Notes under the pieces: model-generated
Database searches by the model: none
Seen by the model: only the letters and a program-made list of their open reading frames with translations
Told to the model about the DNA's origin: nothing
Shown here: piece after piece, positions 36,167 to 50,900 of the stretch
Layout: every line of letters starts with the position of its first letter
Position numbering within the stretch: the first letter of the stretch is position 1
Assembly (NCBI GenBank): GCA_032718475.1
Contig: JAUCBJ010008747.1
Coordinates: forward strand, 1-64,000
Origin: Nemertoderma westbladi
Taxonomy: Eukaryota; Animalia; Xenacoelomorpha
Reading direction: 5' to 3'
Length of the DNA stretch: 64,000 nt
Position numbers and translations under genes: made by a program

Positions 36167-36865
36167 ACAAAGGTACACTTATCTAGAGTTTGACTGAATA
36201 GTTTTTAATAATTTTTTTTTTTAATTACTTAAAATCTTATGCTGCACTTGTGGAACTAAAAAAATTAAAATTTGTTAACAATTAGTTAATAATTTTAGTA
36301 TTATAAATAGTTTAATAATATTTTCATTAATTTTCATTTTATTTCATGTTTATATTACTAATAACTTCCTTGCAAATAAATTATAGGAGCAGATTCTAGT
36401 TCCACATGTTCAGCGTCGTCGACTTGACATGTGTACCAAATTTTGTGAAATTTCATTCAGTACTTTTCGAGAAATCTGTACCTTTGTGTCAAAAAATTTC
36501 GTTTTGAGAAAAACGCATTCAAAGTTCTAAACAATAAAAATATGGCGGTATTTGCTTATAATTGCAGGCAATCTACCACTCTGATAGTGGTAATTTTCAA
36601 AATAACCTCTTTGTTGATCAGATGATCAAAATTAATTATTCAAATTTCATGGAAACTATGAAAAAATCAGGTAGTCAGTAATTTTGGAATGAAAAAGTTG
36701 AAAAAAAAATGAAAAAAAATTTCAAGACTTTTAAAAAAATTCTCACCGTCAAGTAGTTATTAACTTACCTATGTATAAAGGCCATTTGAGTGCTATTTTT
36801 AAAATATGTTTCTATATGTTAATAATAAAATATGTTACTTCTCTGCTTATATTTCTGGGGTGATA

Positions 36866-38430
36866 ATCTACTACTAGGATCGGCATGCTGCATTGCAGCT
36901 GCATTTTTAAGAATGCTGTGCCGGCTTGTCGACAAAATTGCGCCGCCACAACTCCCTATCACCCATGACATTTGCTAGATCATCCGCATCTTCAAGGCCA
37001 GTGTCCTTTAAGATGCGTCTCAAGAAAGTCATGGGCTGTCCACCATGCTTACTCACTCCATGAGGCTGCCAAAGTACAAGATTACACACTGGCTGGTCCT
37101 CACGGCGAAAGCAATGTCCTGCAAAGCGGAGGCGATTTTGTTCTAGTGTCAAGCTTGGGGGAACCAATGAGACACCTCCAATGTTATATAGTGTCTGGTT
37201 GGAGATGTGTGCATTGTACTTGACACAATGAACCCTGCGTAGCATTCTTGTGAATGTGCCATCCAGATATTTGGTGTTCTCAGCAGTTAGAGCCCAGCAT
37301 GGACTCACATAGAGGAGTACTGGAACTACTGCTGCACTAAATAATCGGACCTTAAGTTTCCGATTAATTCTCGGTGACTTCCATATCCTGGAAAGCCTAT
37401 TCAAGGCTGCCCATGCCTTTCCCTTACATATTCGAAGGTCCTCACCTGATTTCCGGATCCATGATCCCAGGTAACAGAAGTCGTCCACATGCTCAAGCAT
37501 ACCATCCTTTGAGCTTATGCTCATCCGATCAGAGACTTGCTGAGAACTTTCAAAGTTAACTGTCAAAATTTTGGTCTTTCTGGAGTTAATAAAAAGACCA
37601 ACACTAGAAGCATGTTCTAATGAGCTGAGGAGCCGTTGGGCTCCCTCTAGTGTTTCTGAGAGTACTCCTAAGTCATCAGCAAACTCTAGATCAGTTAGGT
37701 ACTTGGCAGGATTTCCTCGACTTCTGGAGCCAGTAGGTGGAGTTATCATCACCCCATCATCATTATAATGATCTAAGGACATGCGTAGAACATAGTCAAC
37801 CACAATAATGAACAAGAATGGTGCAAGTGCGTCTCCCTGGAGGACGCCCCATAACACTTCAAATGGTTCTGTGTCACCATCAACAGTAGACACAAATGTT
37901 GTCGAACCATCGTATACTGATCTGATTGCTGCAATAATTTCATCAGGAATCCCATATAATGAAAGTATGCTGAACATACGTGAGCGGGAGACTGAATCAA
38001 AGGCCTTGAAGAAGTCAACAAAGATAACAGCCAGATGCCTGTCTTTCTTTTTTGATAACTCTTCAATTATCCTTCTAAGTGCCAAAATGGGCTCCATGGT
38101 CCCACGGCCTTTACGGAACCCATTCTGATTTCTACGGAGCAGTCTCTCAATGGGATCCCTGAAGCGATTTAATAGAATTCTATTGTATAGCTTTGCATCA
38201 ATCGAGACAAATGAGATTCCCCGAAAAGAACCATAGAGTGTTAGGTTGCCCTTCTTGGGAACTGGCACCAACTTATTTGTTTTTATTTCTTGTGGAACTC
38301 TTGTTGTTCGGTACATGTCTACTATGATGGGATAGATGAGCTTTAAACACTCAGGTATTTTAAAGACCTCAGGGGGAACACCATCTACTCCACTGGCACG
38401 ATTGGTCTTAATGCTCTTTGCAGCAGCCTT
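36866..38430 (-). mobile_element. 5'-truncated RTE-group LINE (RT domain ORF 36907-~38430)
   Basis: [56 protein letters not shown] and DRELWR motifs; (TAG)n tail at ~36868. Confidence 0.9.
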
Positions 38431-38989
38431 CACTTCTGCAAGGAGATATCGCCAATGGGAATATGGGATACACCCCGCCACTCGATTCAGGGCACCTTGT
38501 TACCCCTTATTCGATTGTTTCTGGCCCAACACTTTTTTTTGCTCACCAGCCCTATTGTTGTTGTTATAATCTAATATTATATTTGGGCGGCTCTCTCTCG
38601 GTTTTGTTTACTTACCGTTTAATTAATTATTAACTATATCAAATCGGCTGTGAAATGTATGCCTGTATTAAATATCCAGTCAGCTGGTTTCATCAACTCG
38701 CATTACTGAAAAATAGTCTGATATTATGTTGAACCAATCTTTCCAATATGTATAAACCAATATTTATTTAGCCTACCTACTCTTACGTAAATTAATGGAT
38801 ACCCATATTTATTAGTTTATGAATTGGGTGGTATATCATTTTCAGACAACGTTTCATTTTTTCTCTCCCAGCTTTTCAAAATGGGTGGATTTTCTATATT
38901 GTAGAATGTGGTACCTAAGATGTTAATCTACACGTTTGGCTAGAATATTTTTAATATATATTTACGCCAATATTTCTTTATTTATTTGA

Positions 38990-39220
38990 ATGGAACAATC
39001 ATTTAGGCTCAAAGCCAAGGAATGCCTGTTCACCACCATAGGTGATCTTCCACAGTAAACCCTGTTTCCCAGGTTGCCTTGGTTCCCATTTATCGACCAG
39101 TCAAGGATGAAAGCCAGGGCTTTTAGCTGCAGTTTTTAAAGCAATGCTACCCCATCTAGGGATCGAACCAGGGCCTCCTGATTGGACGCCCTGAAATGTC
39201 ACCACTAGTCCAAGCTGCTG
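38990..39220 (-). mobile_element. tRNA-derived SINE (partly deleted copy)
   Basis: Reverse-complement match to 41067-41460, with A box TGGACTAGTGG and B box GGTTCGATCCC. Confidence 0.82.
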
Positions 39221-41066
39221 TTTGGATAATACATATAACATATAACACAATACATATAACCGTAAATCCAGTATTGTTTTATCTTTAGTGACATTAAATA
39301 TCCTGTAAGCATAACCACGCACAACATATATGTGGTTTGAAAAAAAGACATTTTACAAGGACCTATAAGCAATCCCATGTGTATATTATTCAATTATTGT
39401 CCGAAACAGAGTGGTTTCTCTTTCCACTTGGATAATCGCACAAAAAATATACTAAACCAATAATAATTTGTTTACTCCCGAACAAAATTAAAATATAAAA
39501 ACCTGTTTTGAGAATTTTACCAATATTGAACCAATGAGATACATCAGATATTTGCTTTGTATGTTTTTATTATTTTTTTATTATCTTGCTGTTTTTTTTT
39601 GACCAATGACATACATCATATATATGCTTTGTATGTTTTTAATATCTTGGTGTTGGTGGTTTACCATAGATTTAGAGGGTTTCAGAAGCATCCATTACTA
39701 ATGATACAAACCCCACACTGGCTTTTTGCTATTTCTTATCTTGTTCAATATATCTTAATTTTATTGATCTTTGCACTTATAGAGGACACAATTATCATCA
39801 ACTCTGTAAAGACAATCTCTTCCGTTCCATCTATTTATTTAATGATAACCATTGTAATATACGGAAAATAGGCATTACGTTTTATGAAATATGCGTAAGT
39901 ACAGTATGTCTCCCTTAATTACATGTAAATAACTTAATATATGATGTAATTCATAAGATGTATAATAATTATTAAATTTAATTGAAGTTATTACAATTAA
40001 ATTATTATATTTTTAATTTTTTTTTTTTTTTAATTTTTAATTTAAATTTACAGAGTAGCTTTTAAGAGCTTTTAAACAGAAAATAAACCATAAACGTAAA
40101 TTGTAGTGTATCTTACTGAGAAACTCTATTCCAACTCGGGCCCCAGTATCATAACACCCAGATCGAGTGGCATTTCCAAAGAGCTTGTGAATGCTATGTT
40201 GTGAATGATGTAGCGGAGCCTACGACAGTATATCTTTACTTCCGAAAAAAAAGAGGAAAAAGATCACATGGGCTAACAAAGGATATATCTTTTTACAGAA
40301 CACAAGCGAACACAGTAGAACACACCCGAACACACTCCAAAATCTGCCGAACACAAACGAACACAGTCGAAAATAGAAAGAGCACAAAAAAATAACACCG
40401 GTTACCAACCAAGGCTTTCAGAACGGAATAAAAGGGCTAGTAGGAGCCTAACCGGTGTTAGGACATAATGATCATGGGCTGCTAAAGTTACAAGAATTAA
40501 GACATTGAGAACTAAAAAACAGGCTGAACTACTTAGTGAGCAGTTTGCTGCCACCGATGCAGCAGTAAGTAAGTAAAGTAAAAATAATAACGTCAAGGAA
40601 AGCAAGTAATCTTCCTACTAGAAGAGCAAACTTATTACTGCATTAGTGCTTAAATACATCCCCACAGACAATATCACGTTTTCTAAATTAGAAACAACTC
40701 AGTTTCTACTGAGACCAATAAAACCCACAGTGTTGCTGGCTTACATCAAATGTACAGTTTAGAAGGCTTATACATGTAATTTACCTCAGCTTCATTGTTC
40801 ATTTCATTGGAATTAAAATGTCTGTAAAAAAAAGAAAAAAATACATTCAAATGTTGCGAAATTTTATTCACAAATTCCGCTCTTAGTTTAGATATATGGG
40901 TCCCAAATCCAAAAAGAGACAAAAAGTGCCAATCTTTCACAGCTGTCGTCGCCGCACTGTTTCGCTTTCGTGGCCATAAACAGTGCTACAATTTTAAACT
41001 TTACTTTGCTCTTGAAGAAAACCTTTATTTACTTTCTAATTGCACATTAGGATTATACTATAAATT

Positions 41067-41465
41067 CAGCAGCTTGGTCTAGTGGTGACATTCCTGGGTT
41101 TTCAATTAGGGAGTCCTGGTTCGATCCCTAGATGGGGCAGCACTGTTTGGGCACAGTGCTTGAAATGCTGCAGCCTAGCCCAACTGGCTTAGCCCAACCG
41201 GCTTTCATCCTTCAGTGGTCGATAAATGGGAACCAAGGCAACTTGAGAAACAGAGTGGAAGGGTTTACTGTGGAAGATCACCCATGGTGGTGAACAGGCA
41301 TTCGTTTAGAAAACAGAGTGGAAGGATTTACTGTGGAAGATCACCCATGGTGGTGAACAGGCATTCCTTTAGGAAACAGAGTGGAAGGGTTTACTGTAGA
41401 AGATCACCCATGGTGGTGAACAGGCATTCCTTGGCTTAACGAACCTAAAAGATTCTCCCATTCAT
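41067..41465 (+). mobile_element. tRNA-derived SINE with conserved central domain and triplicated 63-bp 3' segment
   Basis: A box TGGTCTAGTGG and B box GGTTCGATCCC. Core gctttcatccttcagtggtcgataaat is Meta/MESC-like (tentative). 63-bp unit at ~41251, 41314 and 41377. Confidence 0.85.
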
Positions 41466-41986
41466 ATTATAAATTCATTCAAAAATATCCAATATAATAT
41501 GTCCACTTAGAGATGGAGATTCATCAGACATCAAATATTAGTTCACAAATTATATTGTAAATAGCACTTTATCTTTTCTAAACAAAAGTCTTAATTTCAA
41601 AGATTTCATTACCCGTTTTTAAAACTTTATGTCTAATGTTACAATATAATATAGAGTACCATATACATTACATTCACTAACTCAAACTAGACCTGTTTGT
41701 TTCTTTGTTTCACTATTTACTCCACTCAAACATACCGCAATTTAAATAGCAGCCTGCGGGTGGTTGATAATTTAGTAATATTATTAATATTAAATGGAGA
41801 TACAGTACCTCAATATACTGTAATATTAATATTATATTCGCATAAATAAGTAAAAATATCAACATTACTAGGCATTGTTGTTGGCATGTTATTATCAAAA
41901 ATCGATATTTTATGAAGAGGTGGTAGGCCTACGTTAAGCCCATTTAATTACCGAGAGCGACAAAGAAGAACAACTAACGAGTAGCC

Positions 41987-44900
41987 ATGGAAAATGTGAG
42001 TACTTTACAATATTAATATTATTGAAGGGGCACATGGTTGTGGTTGTGTATTGAGTAAAAAATATTAGGACATAAAGTAATTAATGCTTTATTTATGTTC
42101 AGCTAAAGCCCTTATCGCATCCCCTGACTAATAAAAAGTTTCAGTCAAAATTTTAGTTTTGTTGAATAACATGTTTAATCTAAATTTATTAAAGGTTGCC
42201 TTCCACAACACAGATGAGTGTATTCAGATTAAGATGGAGGCGTCGGTTGGTGGCGGTGGTAAAGATAAAAATGTAGAAGATGAGGGGGATAAAGATAACA
42301 ATGTAGAAGATAATACGTTGATCAATGATCCATGGGCTCTACCTGAACTGATGGATGTAGGACTGCCCTGGAATGGTTAGTTATTGTGTGGGGCAGCGCC
42401 ATAAAGTCAGAGGTCCCCATCATACAATGAAGTACATGTTGCGTTGGTATGGTTTTTGTCAGTGTATTTGGCTCCTTGTTTGAACGTCAATGATGTTAGC
42501 GAAAGCTCTCTCACAGTGTCCTTTCCAATTCACGTTTAAACACCTGAGTTTTAGACAATGCCTATATTGACACTTGTTTGACACTCAGAATTATTCAAAA
42601 GGACCTACTGATACAACCGGTGAATTAATATAGATAAATTTCTTCTCAGAATGTTTACTATCATGAGATTCGTCTTCCTTCTATTAACAAAAATTCCATC
42701 ATTGGAAGAAGATATTTATCAACTTATGGGTCCATATTTTCAGGCAGTCATCCAACATGTGTGGATAGTGGAATTGAATTCTACACCTTGGAATTGATGT
42801 CTAAGGAAGTCCTAATGAAATGACAGCCAATCAGTTGGCTTTTTTAGTACCAGTTACTAAGCAAATACATTGCTAAGCAACATATTAAATACTCTTCTGG
42901 TGGTGGGAAATGAAATGTTCGTTTAGTATTTTACCGATATGTATGTACTGTATATTTGTTGTGCTTTTGTTTTTGTTCTCTTTGAAAAAAGATTCCTCGT
43001 GTCCATCAGTTGACTGTATTTTGTTGCAGATTTCACTGATATACAGTAGATTTCGATGAATCAGTATATTTCGTTGTACGGTAATTATAGCATATTTGCA
43101 TATAAAATATTATGACTTAACGAAAAATAAACTGTCAAATAATAACTTTATACCATATCTTTCAGAACTATCAACAACAGGGAAAGTGCGGCGGATTCTT
43201 TGGGATTGGATTAGCAAACCAATATTAATACTAACTCTACTGTATTTCTTCATATGTTCATTAGATTTAATGTCAAATGCATTCCGAATATTAGGTGGAA
43301 AGGCCGCAGGTAAGATTACTTGTGCTATGGTAGGTCATGGTGGGGATAATTTATTATTAAAATTAAAAATAATGGGTCTGATTCATTTTATATTTAAAAT
43401 TTTGAATTACTCAATGAAATATGAACCAATATGCTTAAATTTCCCAGGGGAAGTATTCGCTAACAGCGACATTCTACAGAATCCCGTGGCAGGTGTCGTC
43501 ATAGGTATCATAGCAACCGCCATAGTGCAAAGTTCCAGCACATCTACGTCTATAATTATCTCCATGGTTTCTGGTGGAAGTTAGTATATATTTTAATATT
43601 ATATATTTTAACTAATTTAGAAAAATTCCAGAAATTAGTAAAGAAAAGTAAAAAATTAGTTAAGAAAAGACATTCCCTTCACTAATTTATTACTTTTGTT
43701 ATCTAATTTTTCAGCATACAGCTCACAGATTAAGAAAATGAAACTAAATTGTTTATACCGGGACCGGTACCGAATTTCGACCAATGCATAGGCCTACACG
43801 TATACTGTAGTAGACAGGCTGACAAGGTGTAAGCTATAATGTGTAATGGAGTTACCGGTACTTAGACCGTCTGTGCGGTGTTTGTAAACATGGAGTTACC
43901 GGTACTTAGACCGTCTCTGCGGTGTTTGTAAACAGTAAGACATAGTAGTACATTACATAGTACCGCGCAATCATAACTATTACCTATTAACTGTAAGCTA
44001 ATAACTGTAACTGTAAGGGAACGTTATCGGTTACAGTTTATTGGGGGTATTTTTGATCTATTTTGGTGAATTTTGATGCATTTTGTGGTCATTCGTTGGA
44101 CCGGGAGCTACTGCCTAAGAATTCCAAGTGATCACTTATGAATTTCTGTTGCTTGTGATACCTTTTCTACAGTAGTTTATTTCTGGGCGGGAGACCGCAC
44201 TGGAAATAAGTCATTTTCGTGATTTAATAAATTTACCCATAAGATTATTTAATAATAACAAATTAGTTTATAATTATGTTTGTAATATTAGGCTAATGAA
44301 TGTGCTTTATGCTTATGTTGTTATTGTTCAATAGTAAATATGTTACTGGGGGAAAAAAAAGGAAATAAGTCGTCAGGCTATGTGTGTACTGTAATCCCTG
44401 GCCTAACGGCCGAAGAAAATTGACTTGTTTACTTTTACTGTATTTAAGTACAACTTTGGTGCTAATAGTAGGCCTACAGTACAGTTAGTGTACCGAATAC
44501 AAATATGTATGTGTAAGTATGTTCAAGTTAGTTGGTTTGTACTGTACATGTACAAGAGGGGCAGACACAAATCCCATCTAGATGAATAAATATATCGTCT
44601 CGGCGAATTAACAATGTGAATTTTCACTTTCTGTTTCATATCAATAGCACTGGTTCCCCTTAATTTTCTTTGCATTAATAGGCCCCCTCTATCTGTAGCA
44701 ACAGCTGATCCTTTCCTATCCATGCCAATAACCCATGTCTAACTATTTTTTCCAACGCTACCACCCCTCTTTCGGTTTCAGTTTATTGTACAGCTATTTT
44801 CATAATGCAGTTCTTCCACTCCAACCTGCAATCTATATCGTAATGGGAGCAAACATCGGGACCTCGATAACAAACATCATCGTCAGTCTCGGACAGGCCG

Positions 44901-47900
44901 GTGACCGAAACCAATTCAGAAGAGCCTTCGCTGGTGCCGTGGTCCACGATTTATTCAACTGGCTGACAGTTCTTGTTTTATTCCCGGTGGAGGTTAGTAA
45001 ATATACAGAGTGGCCCTTTGGAATACAATGTCACGGGATAAATAACACTTTTTCAGGATAGAACCCTGCCCACAGCATTTTAGATGATTTTAATAAACCC
45101 TTTTAATCTACATTATTCTTGTATAACATTCGGAGTAGCAGTTTTTCCTGTGATTTTGGTTATTTCAGTAGGACCTTAATAATAGATTATCAATTGGAAT
45201 TATTGGTGTTAATGATTGAAATTATCCAATCAAAGCGTGTTCGAACATTATATACTGTATGTGAAATTGAAACTATATTCATTTTCAGTCTTTAAACTTA
45301 TTTCATAGAATGGCGCAAATTGACCACAAACGCCAAATGTGTGTTTAGTGGGTATGAAAAATAAATTTAATTTAAATCAATCAAGGGAAAGGAGCAGTTT
45401 ACAGTGGCGGTGTTTTCTAACCAAAAACAATAAACGAGACTTTATTTCCCTTACAGTGATTTGCACCACGTGCGGTCAATATGCGCCACTATCTCACCTA
45501 TTTATATTCTAAATAAGTTTAATATAGCGCTAATTCCCTCTTCCTTGTGTGTACACAACCTCAAAAATATTAATTTTTAGGTTGCTAGTAACTACCTATA
45601 CCATTTGAGTGGAGCCATTGTGGACAACCTGCAACTCACAACATCTGGTGGTGACGAAACCGTCCTACTGAAAGCCATTACAAAACCGTTCACTTCTCTC
45701 ATCATACAAATAAATTCAGAAGTTATAAATGAAATAGCTGAAGGTATTCCGGAGGCATTCAACCAGAGTTTGATAAAGAGAGAATGTGTAGTCGGAATGA
45801 TGAATGTCAATAAAACGGTTGATAATACAACATTTATCATTGAAGAACCATTTAAAGATAAATGTAAGATTTCCTTTATATTGAATGATTTGTGTTATAT
45901 CAAAAGGTATCAAAAGGAACTACTTACAACAGAAAGTTGGAGACATTTGAACAATTGAATAATAACTATTTCAGTGGTGGCAAAAAAATACGTTTTTTGT
46001 CAAGTGATATTATTTGGCGAGTGTAGCGAGACAATTAAGAACGCAAGACAAAAAATGTTGTTTGATGTTATGTACAATTTTAATTAATCGAAATTTTAAT
46101 TTTAAACTAAATAATCGATCGAAATCGATTTAAACCGCAGTTTTGCGGATAGATCTTTTTACGTAACACAAGCGAACACACAAAAACACAGCAGAAAACA
46201 CCCCCATACACACATAGGCGAACTCAGCAGTAATTAAAATCTGCACTAAAAATAGCGCACTGGGATAAGAACCGGCTGAATTCATAAAATTGTAAGAAGG
46301 CAATTACATTTTTTAATTAAATGACTGTATTCTATCCTTTAAAATAAATTACTCTTCGTTTATCTTGTAACCATGGAGAATTGTATTCCTACTGCTGTAC
46401 TGTACTGTCACACCGGTATAGGTGTATAGTCAGGTACCAGTATGGGTGGTGGGGCGAGCCACGAAGTTGGCGGAGCCTTAGCGAATTGACACTGTTAGGG
46501 GGTGGGTCAATTTATGCAAATAGTTGTCGTCGTCGTCGTCGTCGTCGTTGTCGTCGTCGTCGTCGTCGTTACGATTTTGACATGCTAATAACTTTGTCGG
46601 ATTTAAAGCTGCCAAGTTGAAAATTTGTAGGTATCAATATGAGCAAAAGTTGCGATTTTTGAGAGACTTTCAGACACCATCAGTGCAATGGTCTCCCGCT
46701 AGAGGGCCACATGTCTAAACATTAAATGCCCTCCCATTTCTTTGCTTTTAATCCGTTTAAGCTGAAACTTGGCAGATATGTATTAGACCATTAGCTGTGA
46801 CTTTCAAAGGAGGCGAATCCATCTGCAGTTCTCCAGTCTGCCGCTAGAGGGCCAAAGGTCTGAAAGTGAAATCGTTGTCGTCGTTACGATTTTGACATGC
46901 TAATAACTTTGTCGGATTTAAAGCTGCCAAGTTGAAAATTTGTAGGTATCAATATGAGCTAAAGTTGAGATTTTTGAGAGACTTTCAGACACCATCAGTG
47001 CAATGGTCTCCCGCTAGAGGGCCACATGTCTAAACATTAAATGCCCTCCCATTTCTTTGCTTTTAATCCGTTTAAGCTGAAACTTGGCAGATATGTATTA
47101 GACCATTAGCTGTGACTTTCAAAGGAGGCGAATCCATCTTCAGTTCTCCAGTCTGCCGCTAGAGGGCCAAATGTCTGAAAGTGAAATCGTTGTCGTCGTT
47201 ATGATATTGACATGCTTATAACTTTGTCGGATTTAAAGCTGCCAAGTTGAAAATTTGTTTTGTTGAAAATCAGTTCAACAGTCACCCGCTATAGGACTAC
47301 TTTATGCCTGAAAGTGAATAGATTCTCCCGTCTCATTGATTTTAATCAGTTTAAGCTGAATCTTGCCATATATTCTGGACCACATGCTGCGTCTTTGTGG
47401 GGGGGGGGGGGGGGGGGGGAGATTTAATCGGTCTGCCGCTATACGACGAAATTTCTGAAAGTGAGATCCGTCTCTCATTTCGTTATCCGTTATTCAAGAT
47501 GAAACTTGGCCGATGTACGTATGTACTATTCATCCATAGGCTGTGTCTTTGTGGGGCTGGAGACCCTAATCCATCTTCAGTTCTCACTATACCGCTAGAG
47601 TCAGAAATGTCTGAATAGAAATGAAAGAGGTAAAAAGTGATTAGGCGAAATCTGCTTAAAATTTGCTAATACAGTAATACTTTCGAATTAGTACTTAAAT
47701 TAAATTTAAGTCACGTGCTGCGCGAAGGCCCCATTTCGTGTATCTGGTAATATGTAATATCTGTAGGAGGCCTAGTGCAGTAGTGTACCGGTAGTAGAGT
47801 TGTTTACTACTGTACTACTCCATCCCATCATTCTTTGGCATTAAAACTGTTGGATACTCTGATTATAAGGGGGATTGTATCAACGAATACCAATCACGAA

Positions 47901-50900
47901 GAAAACCATGAATGGGGGCCGATTGTAATGAGTTTAATTTAGTTCCATAGTTAACGATTAGCGATCAAAGATCGGCCTAGGCCGGGGCCTCGGCCTCGGC
48001 CTACTGCCATATCACCTAGGAAATACAGATATCTTATATTGTAGCAAGTTGTAGACCAGACTTCTCATATATTTGTGCCCATTTTTTAAAATCTGCTTCA
48101 TCACACACTGTTGTTCATGGTTACATATTTGTTATTTTATGCTACTACGTACGCTTATTTGTTGTAATTACATAACGTTTTTATCAGTTTATTGCATCAT
48201 AAATTACAATAATTTTAAATTACTTACCGTTATACTGTATATTTAGTAAAGGTTTCGAAATGAGTATTCCGATCCGATGCTAGGTTACCTATTAGTGCTC
48301 CCGGAAGGGAACCTTGGTGATTTTCTCCCTTTAATTTTAATATTTTAATCTGTGTGTTTCCGATTTAAATTTTAATATTAATTGTGAAATAAATAAATAA
48401 ATAGACCTATCGGTTCCTGAGACAAACAGTCTCTCTCTAATGTTAAGGGTCTTCTTCTTCTGGTGGCTAATATTACCGTACTGCCACGCCGGTGCGGCTA
48501 TACCATATACCACCCATACCAGCATACCGGTACTCTGGTGTGACAGTATAGGAAGACAATTCTCCATGGTTACAAGATAACGAAAAGTAATTTTATTTTA
48601 GAGGTTGTAGAATACAGTCATTTAATTAAAAAATGTAATTTCATTCTTACAGTTTTATGAATTCAGCCGGTTCTTATCCCAGTGCGCTATTTTTTGGTCC
48701 TGATTTTAATTACTGCTGTGTTCGCCTATGTTCGGAGTGTATTCTAGTGTGTTCTTGTGTGTTCGCTTGTGTATGTTTTACTGTTTTATTGGTTTTCAGG
48801 TCACCATTTATTTGCTAATGTTTATTGGTCTGACAATGTTATTGGACTTGTAATGGTTGCTGTATCATTAGTCAGCCTTTGCGTCTGTCTTCTTCTCTTT
48901 GTGAAACTCTTGCAATCCATCTTCAAAGGCAGAGTCGCCGCCTTGGTAAAGAAATTCATCAACAACGACCTCCCAGGTAATTTATTGAAAATTATTGCAT
49001 CCTTATTTTGAATATTGACAGTAGAACAAAATCGCCTCCGCTTTGCAGGACATTGCTTTCGCCGTGAGGACCAGCCAGAGCTTGGCAGCCTCATGGAGTG
49101 AATAAGCATGGTGGACAGCCCATGACTTTCTTGAGACGCATCTTAAAGGACACTGGCCTTGAAGATGCGGATGATCTAGCAAATGTCATGGGTGATAGGG
49201 AGTTGTGGCGGCGCAATTTTGTCGACAAGCCGGCACAGCATTCTTAATTCATATGTAATATATATATGCAATGCAGCATGCCGATCGTAGTAGTAGTTAT
49301 TTGGAATGATTGATGCAGAGATACACAAATTCTAACTGGCACAAAAATAAACAGAAATAAAGATTAGATTCGAGAAACAAATAACTCATTTTTTTATTAT
49401 TTCAGGGCACTTTGCATTTCTCACTGGATATTTAGCCATTCTCTTCGGTATCGGAGCAACTATCCTGGTCCAAAGTAGTTCGGTGTTCACCTCAACATTG
49501 ACGCCATTAGTCGGCATTGGAGTAATATCAGTAGAAAGAGTATACCCACTCTCCTTGGGGTCTAATATCGGCACAACCTGCACAGCCATACTGGCAGCAT
49601 TGGCGAGTTCTAGCGATAAACTTAGTTTATCTCTCCGACTCGCATTCTGTCATTTGTTCTTCAACATCAGTGGTATTTTACTGTGGTACCCAGTGCCTTT
49701 TATGAGAAAAATACCAATAAGTCTAGCAAAAATATTAGGTAAGTACAACTATAAGCGATTAATTTGTGAGTGAAGGTGTCAGAGAACCATCTGCAATAAA
49801 TTCAATAAAATTTGCGCAGAAATGTACAATAGAATCGTCCCACTTTTTGTAGTGAAAGTTTTCACTATTTTTGCGATGTATGTCTGAGTCTGTGGCCAAT
49901 TTGAGACAAGTCATTTACAGACTAGTTTCGTAAATGCTCTTTAAATATCTAAATATCAATATATTATTAACAGGTCTCTATTATTTTACTAAGATGACAA
50001 TAATTCTGGGTGATACATGCTTTTGACTTAATTGGACTCCAATAATTTCATGGACATCCATTGACCTTCACACACGTATTAATGTATGATTGTTATGCCA
50101 TAGGTATAAGGCACTTTTGGAGACTAACCGTACCGTTGAATAACCATGCCCGGATTACACTTATCTATATATGCGCAACAACTTTACCCTTCTGCAATCG
50201 TGCACAAAACTTACCTTTATCAGATTGGGGCAACTAAAATCCATAAAATTCAACCCCTCACTGAAATATTAGTGGCAGCAGATGTTGCTAATTCAAACAT
50301 TTAGCAGCTTTGTGAACAACTTTTTTATTTTTGACTTTCATATTAAATTTTATAAATTCCCAATAAGTTTTTTTATTTAATTTCATAAATATAGCAATCT
50401 GTAAATATTTTAGTAATTTAAGAACTTTATGTTGATAAAAGGATTATTGTTGACAAATTTATTAATAATTATCATCATTGTGCATTCTCATGTGATAATT
50501 ATTATATTAATAAACGTTATTATTTTAGAAATTAATGTACAAGCATACAATATAATATACTTGATAATTTACCCTGAAAATATTTATTCTACTAGTTTTC
50601 GATCCAATATTTATTTTCCAGGAAATACTACAGCGCAGTATAGATGGTTTGGGATTCTATATATAATTATTATGTTTGGAGTGATACCTGGGGTTGTATT
50701 TGGTTTATCCTATGCCGGTTTATACTACATCTTGGGATTTGGTATCCCACTTCTATTACTGATGATTAACGTGGTGATAATTAACGTGCTACAGAGAAAA
50801 TGTCCCCATTGTCTACCACGGTTACTGAGGGACTGGGACTTTCTACCAGAAGTGTTACATTCACTGGAACCTCTAGACAGACTAGTTATCAGAGCTCAAC

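Noticed and set aside
36168-36790. Possible DNA-transposon remnant
   Set aside because: Repeat-like texture but no convincing TIR pair or TSD found.
41067-41140. tRNA gene
   Set aside because: A/B boxes are present but continue into a SINE body that is repeated at 39 kb; the cloverleaf is poor.
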